From Syntrophorhabdaceae bacterium (GTDB lineage Bacteria > Desulfobacterota > Syntrophorhabdia > Syntrophorhabdales > Syntrophorhabdaceae), in assembly GCA_963666485.2 (NCBI GenBank), contig CAXXUO010000003.1, positions 160,001-224,000 on the forward strand: a stretch of 64,000 nt of DNA, given 5' to 3'. A model generated the notes under the pieces. It searched no databases, was not told the origin of the DNA, and saw only the letters and a program-made list of their open reading frames with translations. The first letter of the stretch is position 1. Each line of letters opens with the position of its first letter. This document shows, piece after piece, positions 20,510 through 30,566 of the stretch. A program made the translations under genes and the position numbers.

Positions 20510-21268
20510 CTATCCAAATTTGCCTGTCAGGTATTCTTCCGTCCGTTTATCCTTAGGTACCGTGAACATTTTTTCTGTTGGCCCGAATTCAACAAGTTCC
20601 CCCAGGTATATGAAGGCGGTCATATCCGATACTCGTGCTGCCTGGCCAATATTATGGGTGACGAGGATCATGGTAACGTTCTTCTTGAGCTCTACAAAGA
20701 GATCTTCGATCTGGGCAGTTGATTTCGGGTCAAGGGCCGACGTGGGCTCGTCAAAGAGGATTATCTCCGGATTCATGGCCAGAGCCCGCGCGATACACAG
20801 GCGCTGCTGCTGGCCCCCCGAAAGAAAGGTCCCTTTGCGATGGAGGTTATCTTTGACTTCATTCCAAAGCGCCGCGCTTTTCAACGACCGCTCAACAATG
20901 CCGTCCATTTCCGATTTGGTCATCCTGATGCCATTGAGTTTATAGCCTGCCACGACGTTGTCATAGATGCTCATTGTCGGAAAGGGGTTGGGCTTCTGGA
21001 ATACCATGCCAATTTTTCGCCTGAGAATTATCGGCTGCATTGCATAAATATCTTCGTTCAGGAGATACATTTTGCCCGATACGGTCGCACCAGGAATGAG
21101 TTCGTGCATTCTGTTCACGCAGCGTATCAACGTTGTCTTTCCGCACCCAGATGGGCCCATAAGCGCGGCAACTTTGTTCTTCTCGACATTGAGGCTTACG
21201 GTGTGGAGAATTTCGTTATCTCCAAAACACGCGCTAAAATCCTTGATTGTCAGAACTGTATTTTCCAT
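20510..21268 (-). CDS. pstB: Phosphate ABC transporter ATPase
   Basis: [33 protein letters not shown], ends YLTGKFG. Confidence 0.95.
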   Translation of the reverse strand: MENTVLTIKDFSACFGDNEILHTVSLNVEKNKVAALMGPSGCGKTTLIRCVNRMHELIPGATVSGKMYLLNEDIYAMQPIILRRKIGMVFQKPNPFPTMSIYDNVVAGYKLNGIRMTKSEMDGIVERSLKSAALWNEVKDNLHRKGTFLSGGQQQRLCIARALAMNPEIILFDEPTSALDPKSTAQIEDLFVELKKNVTMILVTHNIGQAARVSDMTAFIYLGELVEFGPTEKMFTVPKDKRTEEYLTGKFG

Positions 21269-22096
21269 CTTGCAGATATACCTCTCGCAACCAGATTTAA
21301 CGAAAGCGTCAGGAGAACGAGAATGAATGACGCCCCCCAGGCGAACGAATGCCATTCGGGGTAAGGACTCATCGCGTAATAAAATATCCTGTACGGTAAT
21401 GAGTCTATTGGCTTAAATATGTTGATATTCATGAACTGGTTGCCAAATGCCGTGAATAAAAGCGGAGCAGTTTCCCCGGTTATCCTGGCCATGCTAAGTA
21501 ATACTCCCGTCAGGATACCATTCATCCCGGAGGGAAGGACTACTTTGAGCATAGTCCGGTAATACGGCACGCCGAGCGCCAATGAGGCCTCTCTCAGGTT
21601 ATAGGGAACAAGCTTCAGTGTTTCTTCCGTTGTTTTGATAATAACGGGAAGCATCATAATAGCGAGGGGCGACTCCTCCTGAAAAAGCCGAGAATCCCCC
21701 TGAAGGCCCCACTATCCACAGGTAGGCGATGATTCCTATGACAATGGAGGGCGTGCCCTGCAGGACAATGACACATAGTCGAATAAAGTAGGCAAGCTTT
21801 CCCGAGCGTCTTTCGACCAGATAGATCCCTGCCAGGATACCACACGGTATTGATAACAGGCCCGATATTCCGATAAGGATCAAAGTCCCTACAATGGCGT
21901 TAAATACGCCGCCCCCCGTCTCGCCGATCGGCCTGGGCAAGCTCGACAGAAAATCCCAGTTAATGACTGTTATTCCGTTTTTTGCTATATAGTAGAGGAT
22001 CAAAAAGAGCGGCAAGAGAGACATCAGGGCGAAGAGAATAATTATGCCTTTGAACAGGATATCTTTTACTATGCGTGACTTCACTTCATTCATCAT
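21250..22096 (-). pseudogene. pstA: Phosphate ABC transporter permease, +1 frameshift at GGGG 21666-21669
   Basis: GTPSIVIG in the first ORF and REASLALG...ARITGETAPLLFT in the second; removing one base gives GGVALAIMMLP. Confidence 0.9.
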
Positions 22097-23010
22097 GTGA
22101 CCTCACGCGCTGATTCAATACTGAGCTTTTGAATGACGTATGTTCCGATTATATTGACGACCATTGTAACAAAGAACAGGACAAGGGCCAGATATATCAA
22201 AGAGGCCGCCGTTATCCCCGTCGCCTCGGCAAATTCATTGGCTATAACGCTTGCCATGGTATTTGCGGGGCTGAATATGCTCGCCGGGAGAAAATTACTG
22301 TTCCCGATGAGCATCGTTACAGCCATTGTCTCACCAATGGCGCGTCCCAAAGCGAGGAGTATTCCGGCCGCAACGCCTGAACGGGCATAGGGAAGCACAA
22401 TATTCTTGACCACTTCAAAACGGGTAGCTCCAAGTGAATAGGCGGCTTCTTTGAGATCCCCCGGTACAAGAGCTATCACTTCCCTTCCAATTGATGCCGA
22501 AAACGGAATTATCATCACGGCGAGAATAACGGAAGAAGTCAGGATGCCTACGCCCTGCGGAGCAACACCGATCTTCATCTCGATCAACCTGACAATCGGC
22601 ATGAGGAGAAACAGCCCCCATAATCCATATATAACTGACGGTATACCTGCAAGAACCTCAACGGCGCTGCGAAGAAAGGCGGAAATAGCCCCTTCCCTGT
22701 AATATTCACCGAGGAAAAGGGAGATGGCGACGGAGAAGGGAAGTGATATCAGAAGGGCCAGAAATGATGTTACAAGCGTCCCCACCAGAAAAGACAGGGC
22801 CCCGAACGTCTCCGACGCTGCGTCCCAGGTTTTTGCAGCAAAAAAGAGAACGCCGAAGCGCTGAATGGCCGGCAGGGAACTAAAACCAAGGGTAACCAGG
22901 ATCCCGAGAAAGAGGAGGATGATAAATATACCGCTTGTCGCAAGGATAACGCTGAATAACCATTCCGAGCGGTCTATATGTCGTATTAATCGCCTTGTAT
23001 GCCTGGTCAT
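22093..23010 (-). CDS. pstC: Phosphate ABC transporter permease
   Basis: LAGIPSVIYGLWG, EAAYSLGAT, GRAIGETMAV. Confidence 0.95.
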   Translation of the reverse strand: MTRHTRRLIRHIDRSEWLFSVILATSGIFIILLFLGILVTLGFSSLPAIQRFGVLFFAAKTWDAASETFGALSFLVGTLVTSFLALLISLPFSVAISLFLGEYYREGAISAFLRSAVEVLAGIPSVIYGLWGLFLLMPIVRLIEMKIGVAPQGVGILTSSVILAVMIIPFSASIGREVIALVPGDLKEAAYSLGATRFEVVKNIVLPYARSGVAAGILLALGRAIGETMAVTMLIGNSNFLPASIFSPANTMASVIANEFAEATGITAASLIYLALVLFFVTMVVNIIGTYVIQKLSIESAREVT

Positions 23011-23038
23011 TTCCCGTCCGCTATTTCCAAATAAATCC

Positions 23039-24100
23039 TTATTTCAGTAACGGTGTTCCGTTGTAAGTCATAGACTTTATTATTTTCACAGACTTTGCAG
23101 CCGCTTCTTTTGATAGCGGGGAATATTGGAGCGGCTCTACATATCTCTGACCGTTCCCTACTATCCAGATGAGCATCTTGGCCAGAGCCTCGGCACGTTC
23201 TTTTGTCTTGCCTCCGTAATTTTGTTCTTTGTAGAAGATAAGCCAGGTAAAGCTGCTGATGGGGTATCCCTCGACGGCGTTCGTGCTGGTTAAGGATATA
23301 TTTGTATCATCGGGTATCTTGACATTGGCTGCCGACGTGACAGATTTCAAGGTCGGTTCGATAAATTTTCCAGCTTTATTCTTTACATTCCCATATGCCA
23401 TTTTATTCTGGATCGCATAAAGCAGCTCGACATAGCCGATTGCGCCCGGCGTTTGCTTCACATATCCGGCCACACCCGGATTTCCCTTCTGGCCTATCGA
23501 TCCGGCGGGCCACTGGACTGATTTGCCGGGGCCGATCTTTCCCTTCCATGCATCATTTGTTTTTGACAGGTATTCCGTAAATATGAAGGTCGTACCGCTC
23601 GAATCAGCCCGATGTACGGGAGTAATAGCAAGACCGGGAAGCGTAATACCGGGATTCATTGCAGAAATTGTCGGATCGTTCCATTTCGTTATGGTGCCAA
23701 GGAATATGCTCGCTATTATGTCAGACGTAAGGTTAAGCTTGGGATTCCCCGGCAGGTTGTACGCAAGGACGACGGCCCCGAGGCACGTAGGTATGTGCAG
23801 GACCGGCGCACCGGCCGATTTGAGTTCGGTTTCCGTCATGAATGCATCCGTGCCTCCAAAATCGACGGTTTTCTTAATTAGCTGATTAATGCCACCCCCC
23901 GAACCAATCCCCTGGTAATTAATCTTTACTTTATACTGTTGGTTATACGCATCGAACATCTTGGAATAAAGGGGTTGGGGAAATGTGGCACCCGCACCGA
24001 GAAGCTCCATGTCAGCGGCCTGAATATGCCCGATAATAACAAAGATAACGGTACAGATGGTTAATACCAACGAAGAAATACGTAAAACTCTGAAACTCAT
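23039..24100 (-). CDS. pstS: Phosphate-binding periplasmic protein
   Basis: Signal peptide, GAGATFP, GSGGG, HRADSSGTT, GAIGYVE. Confidence 0.95.
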   Translation of the reverse strand: MSFRVLRISSLVLTICTVIFVIIGHIQAADMELLGAGATFPQPLYSKMFDAYNQQYKVKINYQGIGSGGGINQLIKKTVDFGGTDAFMTETELKSAGAPVLHIPTCLGAVVLAYNLPGNPKLNLTSDIIASIFLGTITKWNDPTISAMNPGITLPGLAITPVHRADSSGTTFIFTEYLSKTNDAWKGKIGPGKSVQWPAGSIGQKGNPGVAGYVKQTPGAIGYVELLYAIQNKMAYGNVKNKAGKFIEPTLKSVTSAANVKIPDDTNISLTSTNAVEGYPISSFTWLIFYKEQNYGGKTKERAEALAKMLIWIVGNGQRYVEPLQYSPLSKEAAAKSVKIIKSMTYNGTPLLK

Positions 24101-24147
24101 AATATCCTCCTATAAGGATTTACAGCATAGATAATGTAACTCCTGAC

Positions 24148-24187
24148 TGTTAATTTTGAAGGATTATCCGGTTAAGAAATGGTTAAG
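24148..24187 (-). promoter_or_regulatory. Pho box upstream of pstS
   Basis: Minus strand CTTAACC-N4-CTTAACC (11-bp period) plus ATTAACA two periods further on. Confidence 0.7.
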
Positions 24188-24202
24188 AATGATAATCGGG
24201 AA

Positions 24203-25921
24203 TTATCGAACCGGCAAAGAAACTATAAACATGGAACCCTCACCGACAGTGCTCTCGACATGAATCGTTCCCCCATGAAGAAGTACGATATGTTTTACGA
24301 TCGACAGTCCAAGCCCTGTACCGCCCAGCTTTTTTGACCGTGATTTATCGACAACATAGAAACGTTCAAAAATACGACGTATATGCTCGGAAGGGATCCC
24401 CGGACCGGTATCGGAAACTTTTACAGTTAGGTTGCCATTTGCCGCAGTTACTTCGATCCTGATTTCCCCGGCGTCCGTGTATTTAATAGCGTTATCGAGA
24501 AGATTAATGAAGACCTGTTCAAGCTTGAAAGCATCGCCCATAACCGGGGGCAGATCGATCCCGATCATAGTCTTGATTGAGAAGCCCTTTTCCCGGACCT
24601 GGTTATCAAAGATCTTGAGTACTCTCTCGAGAAGTTGTGGTATATCGACGGGTTCCCGGGGGAGAGGAAATTCTTTTTCCTCGAGTTTGGCCAGGGTTTG
24701 AAGATCACCGACAATATGGATGAGCCGGTCCGTATTGCGTCTTATAATTGACAGGTATTGCCTGTTTTCGTCTGATATCGCGCTTTCATCTATCGTTTCA
24801 GCATATCCTTTTATGGATGTCAGGGGAGTGCGAAGCTCATGGGAAACATTGAGGACAAAATCGCTCTTAATCTTTTCAAGCCGCTTTATTTCAGTAATAT
24901 CATGAAAAATAGCAACAATCCCGCCTTTCGTCAGGAAAGCGGCGCTGCAGAGAAATACCCTGTCGCGTATTATAACCTCCTGGATGACATTACTTTGTTT
25001 AGTCCGAACCATTTTAATAAGATCATTAACCGAGGGTTCCCGGATCTCTTCCCAGAATATTCTTCCCTTGGTCAACCCCCGGCCCATGACATTCGCCAGG
25101 CTACTGTTCGTAAGGGCTATCCTTTCTTCATTGTCGAGGACCAGGAGCCCTTCCTGCAGCGATGTGATTATACTGTTCAGTTCTTCCGTCTGTCGCGTAA
25201 GTTCGGCGAAAAGGTCTTGCATCTCGTCCGTCATGGCGTTGAAACTGTCAGCAACAATCTTGAGTTCGTCTGTGTTTTTTAACAACACGCGCGTACTGAA
25301 ATCATGTCCGGCAACGCGACGGATGGCATCTGTCAATTCGCCGATGGGACGGGATATTGTCCGGGCAAATATATAGGCTGCAATAAGGGCCACAATAAGA
25401 ACAATACCGGCGGTTTCTGCGACCTGTCTATTGAGCCTTCCGGAGACGACTTTAATATCTTTCAGGAATTTGCTGGTCCGGATAACATACGTGATCGTGC
25501 CGCCCTTATACACCGGTATAGCGATATACAGCATTTCACGGCCCAACGTATCACTCAGACGGAGATATTTCCCGGTATTCCCCTCTAATGCCTGGGCAAT
25601 CTCCGTTCTCGTCCGATGATTTTCCATTTTGCCGGGATTTTCCTGTGAATCTGCAATCACCTTTCCTTCGGGGTCTACAATCGTGATCCGTGTATGTATC
25701 TGCTTGTCGAGATCCTTAATTGTGCTATCTAGCGTCCGCAGCGAAGATGCCTCGTTCAAAAGGCCTTTGACGATCAGGGCAGTCTCCGTTAATTCCTGAT
25801 CGGTGCGCTCCAGCTGATAATGCCGAACAAGATAAGATGAAAAAAGAACTAGCAGCCCTGAAAGAATAACGATCAAAATAAAATAGCTTCCGAATATTTT
25901 AAGGAATATCGACCGTTTCAC
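24203..25921 (-). CDS. phoR: Phosphate regulon sensor kinase
   Basis: TM-sensor-HAMP-PAS, NVSHELRTPLTSIKGY, FERFYVVDKSRS...GTGLGL. Confidence 0.9.
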   Translation of the reverse strand: MKRSIFLKIFGSYFILIVILSGLLVLFSSYLVRHYQLERTDQELTETALIVKGLLNEASSLRTLDSTIKDLDKQIHTRITIVDPEGKVIADSQENPGKMENHRTRTEIAQALEGNTGKYLRLSDTLGREMLYIAIPVYKGGTITYVIRTSKFLKDIKVVSGRLNRQVAETAGIVLIVALIAAYIFARTISRPIGELTDAIRRVAGHDFSTRVLLKNTDELKIVADSFNAMTDEMQDLFAELTRQTEELNSIITSLQEGLLVLDNEERIALTNSSLANVMGRGLTKGRIFWEEIREPSVNDLIKMVRTKQSNVIQEVIIRDRVFLCSAAFLTKGGIVAIFHDITEIKRLEKIKSDFVLNVSHELRTPLTSIKGYAETIDESAISDENRQYLSIIRRNTDRLIHIVGDLQTLAKLEEKEFPLPREPVDIPQLLERVLKIFDNQVREKGFSIKTMIGIDLPPVMGDAFKLEQVFINLLDNAIKYTDAGEIRIEVTAANGNLTVKVSDTGPGIPSEHIRRIFERFYVVDKSRSKKLGGTGLGLSIVKHIVLLHGGTIHVESTVGEGSMFIVSLPVR

Positions 25922-26607
25922 TCGTCCATCCTGTAGCCCGTTCCACGTACATTCCTGATCATATATGATGCCGCACCCAGTTTTTCACGCAGGTGCCTGA
26001 TATGAACATCCACCGTCCGGTCTATAACATACTTCTCGTCTCCCCACAGAAAATTCAATATCTGGTCACGCGTCTGTACCCGACCCCGCTTCATCGCGAG
26101 CAGGTGCAGGATTTTAAACTCCGATGGAGTGAGTTCGATAATTTCCCCTTTTATTCTTACCTCGTGCTTGTCAATGTCCATAAGGAGATCACCCATAATT
26201 ATTAATCGCTCCTCAGTGTCATGTGCAGTATGACGGCGCAGCACGGCACGTACACGGGCAACCAATTCCAGCGGCGAGAATGGTTTTGTCACATAATCGT
26301 CAGCTCCCAACTCCAGGCCCACAATTTTGTCCATTTCCTCGGTCTTTGCTGTCAGCATGATGATGGGTATGGACGATAATCTTTCGTTTCCCCGCAGATA
26401 CCTGCAAACCTGGAGACCGTCAACATCGGGAAGCATAAGATCGAGTATAACGAGATCAGGGAATTCTTTCGCGAGGAAACGGTAGAAAGATTCCGCTTCC
26501 GCAAATTCTTTTACCCTGAAATTCGATCTTTTCAGATGTATAGATACCAATTCCAATATATCCGGTTCGTCATCTATAACAGCTATTAATGAAGGCGCCC
26601 GAGTCAT
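25918..26607 (-). CDS. phoB: OmpR-family response regulator of the phosphate regulon
   Basis: REC + winged helix (RTVDVHIRHLREKL); overlaps phoR. Confidence 0.88.
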   Translation of the reverse strand: MTRAPSLIAVIDDEPDILELVSIHLKRSNFRVKEFAEAESFYRFLAKEFPDLVILDLMLPDVDGLQVCRYLRGNERLSSIPIIMLTAKTEEMDKIVGLELGADDYVTKPFSPLELVARVRAVLRRHTAHDTEERLIIMGDLLMDIDKHEVRIKGEIIELTPSEFKILHLLAMKRGRVQTRDQILNFLWGDEKYVIDRTVDVHIRHLREKLGAASYMIRNVRGTGYRMDE

Positions 26608-26657
26608 AATAAAAACATTACCTTAACTTTGTTTTTTTGCATATTTTAAAATGGGAG

Positions 26658-26675
26658 TGTTAAGTTTGGATTAAG
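26658..26675 (-). promoter_or_regulatory. Pho box upstream of phoB (autoregulation)
   Basis: Minus strand CTTAATC-N4-CTTAACA, same repeat and period as at pstS. Confidence 0.6.
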
Positions 26676-26756
26676 AATCTTCTTTTAGGCCCCCTTATCT
26701 GGTTTTTATCTTGATTAACAATGGTAAAAAGGTATAATTCCTACCAAAATCGTCCT

Positions 26757-27140
26757 ATGAGCTTAAAAGTCAGGATAAAAAAAGCAAAAAGCGAGGTATA
26801 TGCACTATATTTATGCTCCCGGCATCCGAAGACACCATTTTATGCCAAAGCACTAGCTATTCTCATCGTAAGTTATGCCTTGAGTCCGGTTGACCTGATT
26901 CCCGATTTTATTCCAGTTTTTGGGTACCTCGACGATCTTATACTGATCCCGGCAGGGCTTGCCCTTCTTGTATGCATTATACCGAATGATGTGCTTAGAG
27001 AATGTAGAGGAAAAGCCCGAGATAATATACTGAAATTAAAGATAAATAGCTTGCTGGGAATGTCCTTGATTATTTTTATCTGGATCCTTTCCGGCTATGC
27101 AATGTATCGATTCCTAATATACTGGCATCTATATTCTTAA
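26757..27140 (+). CDS. YkvA/DUF1232 membrane protein
   Basis: YALSPVDLIPDFIPVFGYLDD signature. Confidence 0.88.
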   Translation: MSLKVRIKKAKSEVYALYLCSRHPKTPFYAKALAILIVSYALSPVDLIPDFIPVFGYLDDLILIPAGLALLVCIIPNDVLRECRGKARDNILKLKINSLLGMSLIIFIWILSGYAMYRFLIYWHLYS

Positions 27141-27356
27141 AACCGAATAAAGAATGTGTATTTGTCGCGCGGGAATGAGTCCTTTAAAAAAATGTTTCGA
27201 TATCATATTTGCAGGGAAATGAATATAGGTTGATCAGCTTTGTATCGCCCGGTGGTAAAGATAGTTCATCCGATACAACGGGACGTGAACAATTATGGAA
27301 CGGGAAAAGATAACGGGAGATTGTAGCCGGTCATTTGACATTAGCGAGAGGTAACC

Positions 27357-28010
27357 ATGGAATTCTTTTTGATTAATAATGGGAAATATCCTGATGATAC
27401 TCTGAATGCATCTCTCGGTTTTTGGCTTCCACCTGACTCACCTTACGGCAATTTTCAACTCAAATTTTTCAAAATTATTCAAAGGCTGGATGAGGCTAAC
27501 CGTAGAATAATAGAGAGTTATGATTTTTGGCAGAGTTGCAAAACGCCGGGATTCTTACCACCTGGAGCCGTCGAATGCCACACATTAGCAAATGAACAGG
27601 CCATTTATATGATGCGAAAGGCAGCAGATGAACTTGTTTCGCTGATATCGTGTTTGTCGGAATATGAAAAGAACTCCAAATATCCCGAAAAAATGAAAAT
27701 TGATTGTATCGGGGCGGTGCTTAACCGGAAAGATGAGGACCAGGATCACATATACGGCAATCATCTGGATTTCATGCAATTACTCAACGAAATCGCTAAT
27801 GCCTACAAACATTCATTTGTCAATTCCGAACTCACTTTGGTAGGGATCGAAGAACCTCGTATCAATGCATTAGCGTTGAAGTATAACAATTTATCGTCTT
27901 CCCCGACGTTCCATGATGTTTCATTCTCGGAGCTCATTGTTAGATATAATGGTTTTTATGAGGATTGCGTGGCTTGGCTAAACCAATTTTCGGAACGTAA
28001 TCGGCCTTGA
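27357..28010 (+). CDS. Hypothetical AT-rich protein with HEPN-like N-x3-H motif
   Basis: 217-aa ORF with GAGG RBS; LNEIANAYKH. Confidence 0.65.
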   Translation: MEFFLINNGKYPDDTLNASLGFWLPPDSPYGNFQLKFFKIIQRLDEANRRIIESYDFWQSCKTPGFLPPGAVECHTLANEQAIYMMRKAADELVSLISCLSEYEKNSKYPEKMKIDCIGAVLNRKDEDQDHIYGNHLDFMQLLNEIANAYKHSFVNSELTLVGIEEPRINALALKYNNLSSSPTFHDVSFSELIVRYNGFYEDCVAWLNQFSERNRP

Positions 28011-28049
28011 TTGAAGCAGGGACCAATGCATTCCTGAGACACCATGAAC

Positions 28050-28076
28050 ATTACCAATTAGTAATCTTTCTGTAAG
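28050..28076 (+). promoter_or_regulatory. Candidate OmpR/CusR-type binding site
   Basis: ATTAC-N6-GTAAT palindrome plus a GTAAG repeat 11 bp later, upstream of the ArnT/two-component module. Confidence 0.4.
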
Positions 28077-28116
28077 CTTCCAGTGAAACCTGTTGTTCTA
28101 AAATGCTGCAGACATC

Positions 28117-29808
28117 ATGGCAACAATGAAAGGAAATTCTATGTCCGGCAGGCAAAAATCAGTTTTCTATTTAGCTCTTCTGCTTATCACCGTGATCCCT
28201 CTTTTCTCTTTCGGCCTGTCGAACCACGGACTCTGGACGGCCGATGAACCAAGGGTGGCGGAGATCGGGAGAGAGATGGCACTTAGCGGCAATTGGGCGG
28301 TACCGACACTCAATCAAGAACCGTTCCTTGAGGAACCCCCTCTGTATTATGCGTCGCTGGCCGCTGCGTTCAGAGCCTTCGGACCATCGGATGTGGTTGC
28401 AAGGATACCTTCGGCAGTGTTTTCTTTCGTGGGCATTATCGCGCTTTACTTTCTCGGCAGCCTTCTTCTTGGGCCGAGAACGGGATTCATTGCCTCTGTC
28501 GTCATGGCGACCTGCGGCGAGTACTTCCGGGTGGCCCACTGGGTCATCGTCGACAGTGCCCTGACCTGTTTTGTGATCCTTGCCCTCGTTTTTTTCATAA
28601 TGGCCTATCTTTCCAACGGACGACCGAAGAGGTCCATTCTTTACGGCCTGTGCTACGTTTCCTGCACCCTTGCCTTTTACGTCAAGGGATTCATCGGGGT
28701 TGTCATACCGGGCCTCGCTGTACTGACCTTCCTCGCGTTCGACAGGAACCTCCGGGAGGTACTCAGGATGCACCTGTGGCTCGGTGTCCTTATCTTTCTC
28801 GCCATGACCCTGCCGTGGTTTCTCTCCCTGTGGCACCAGGGCGGCAACGAATACCTCAAGGTCTTTTTCGTCCACAATCATCTCGAGAGGTTCGCGGGCG
28901 GCTCTACAGGCCACAGCCAGCCTGTCTATTACTACCTTGTTCAGTTCCCGACTGCCTTTCTGCCCTGGGGTATCCTCACTGTGCCCGTTTTTTTCCGGAG
29001 CCTTTGCCGGCAGAACGACACGCAAGGCAGGGCCGGGAAAGGTACTCTCCTGATGCTGTGTTGGTTCGCCGCCGGTTTTATATTTCTCAGTGTTGCGTCG
29101 ACAAAGCGCGCCCTTTACCTGATGCCTCTTTTCGCGCCGGCCTCTTTGCTGACCGCCGCGTATATCGATGCCACCATGACGGGGCTTGCCGTGAAGACGT
29201 GGGAAAAGACGTTCATACACATCTTCGGTCTCTTCCCCCTGCTGGCCGGCATCGCCGCAGTCCCCGCTCTTGCCGTCGTATCGAGAAAGCTCGGCTTCGA
29301 TCTACCCGCAAAGGAACTTGTCCTGACGATATTCTTTTCCGCAGCGGCAGTGATCTTTTCGGCAGTGGCCCTATGGAAGCCGGGGAAGGAAATGCCGAGA
29401 TTCTGGATGTTCTCATCGGCCTCGGTCCTGTCATTGCTTTTCCTGGGGCTGACTGCCGCCATACCCGTCCTCGATCATTTTAAAAGCTTCGTGCCGTTCT
29501 GCGAGGAGGTACAGGCCGCAGTGCCTTCATCGGCCCCGCTGTATGCCTGGCAACCCGATGAGACGCTCAAGGGCGCCGTCCCTTTTTATACGGGACGGTT
29601 CCTGAAGGACCTAGATTCTGTGTCTCAATTGGAAAACGGCCTTCACACCGAAAAGAACCTTTTCATCATTATACGGGACAAAAAGGGGGTGACGGAGCAA
29701 AAACTCCTGTCAACCGGCAAGGTGCATGTCCTTTTCAAGCAGTCTATGGACACCGACCGTTCTCTCGCTATTTTAAAGGCCACAAACGTCGACCCGGCGG
29801 GTGAGTAG
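28117..29808 (+). CDS. ArnT/PMT-family glycosyltransferase (second paralogue)
   Basis: DEPRVAEIGREM...FLEEPPLYY...ARIPSA, KRALYLMP. Confidence 0.87.
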   Translation: MATMKGNSMSGRQKSVFYLALLLITVIPLFSFGLSNHGLWTADEPRVAEIGREMALSGNWAVPTLNQEPFLEEPPLYYASLAAAFRAFGPSDVVARIPSAVFSFVGIIALYFLGSLLLGPRTGFIASVVMATCGEYFRVAHWVIVDSALTCFVILALVFFIMAYLSNGRPKRSILYGLCYVSCTLAFYVKGFIGVVIPGLAVLTFLAFDRNLREVLRMHLWLGVLIFLAMTLPWFLSLWHQGGNEYLKVFFVHNHLERFAGGSTGHSQPVYYYLVQFPTAFLPWGILTVPVFFRSLCRQNDTQGRAGKGTLLMLCWFAAGFIFLSVASTKRALYLMPLFAPASLLTAAYIDATMTGLAVKTWEKTFIHIFGLFPLLAGIAAVPALAVVSRKLGFDLPAKELVLTIFFSAAAVIFSAVALWKPGKEMPRFWMFSSASVLSLLFLGLTAAIPVLDHFKSFVPFCEEVQAAVPSSAPLYAWQPDETLKGAVPFYTGRFLKDLDSVSQLENGLHTEKNLFIIIRDKKGVTEQKLLSTGKVHVLFKQSMDTDRSLAILKATNVDPAGE

Positions 29809-29888
29809 GGTAACGGCAGGTGAATGAAATAGTCCGTTATGATAGAATTACGATCGATACAAGACAAGATTTATAGAGGAATTAAGTT

Positions 29889-30566
29889 ATGCGACTCTTA
29901 TTGGTCGAAGACGACCCGGTGATTTCTTCTTTTGTCGTGAAGGGCCTTAAGGAGGCCGGTTTTGCCGTTGACAGCGCCTCGAACGGAGAGGATGGGCTCC
30001 ACCTGGCGCTCGTCGAGCCGTATGACGCGGTCATTGTCGATCTCATGCTGCCGAAACTGGACGGGCTCTCGCTTATCACCACCTTGAGGGAGACAAAACC
30101 AAACATCCCCATAATGATCCTCAGCGCGAAACGCTCGGTCGACGACCGCGTGAAGGGCCTGCAAACGGGAAGCGACGACTACCTGACAAAGCCCTTCGCC
30201 TTTTCCGAACTCCTGGCACGCGTTCAGGCCCTGATCCGCAGGGCGACCGGTGTGCCCGACGCAACACGACTGCAGATAGCCGACCTTGTCATGGACCTCC
30301 TGTCGCGGGAGGTCACCCGTTCGGATGAAAAGATCGAACTTCAGCCCAGGGAATTTCTCCTTCTCGAATACCTCATGCGCAATGCTGGCAGGGTCGTCTC
30401 AAAGACAATGATCATGGAGCACGTCTGGGACCTGAATTTCGACCCGCGCACGAACATTGTCGAAGCACGGATGAGCAAGTTGCGCGACAAGATCGACCAT
30501 GGTCATGATAAAAAACTCATCCACACGATCCGGGGGGCCGGCTACGTACTTAAAGAAACTCTATGA
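29889..30566 (+). CDS. OmpR/CusR-like response regulator
   Basis: MRLLLVEDD, DDYLTKPFAFSELLAR, LIHTIRGAGY. Confidence 0.92.
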   Translation: MRLLLVEDDPVISSFVVKGLKEAGFAVDSASNGEDGLHLALVEPYDAVIVDLMLPKLDGLSLITTLRETKPNIPIMILSAKRSVDDRVKGLQTGSDDYLTKPFAFSELLARVQALIRRATGVPDATRLQIADLVMDLLSREVTRSDEKIELQPREFLLLEYLMRNAGRVVSKTMIMEHVWDLNFDPRTNIVEARMSKLRDKIDHGHDKKLIHTIRGAGYVLKETL

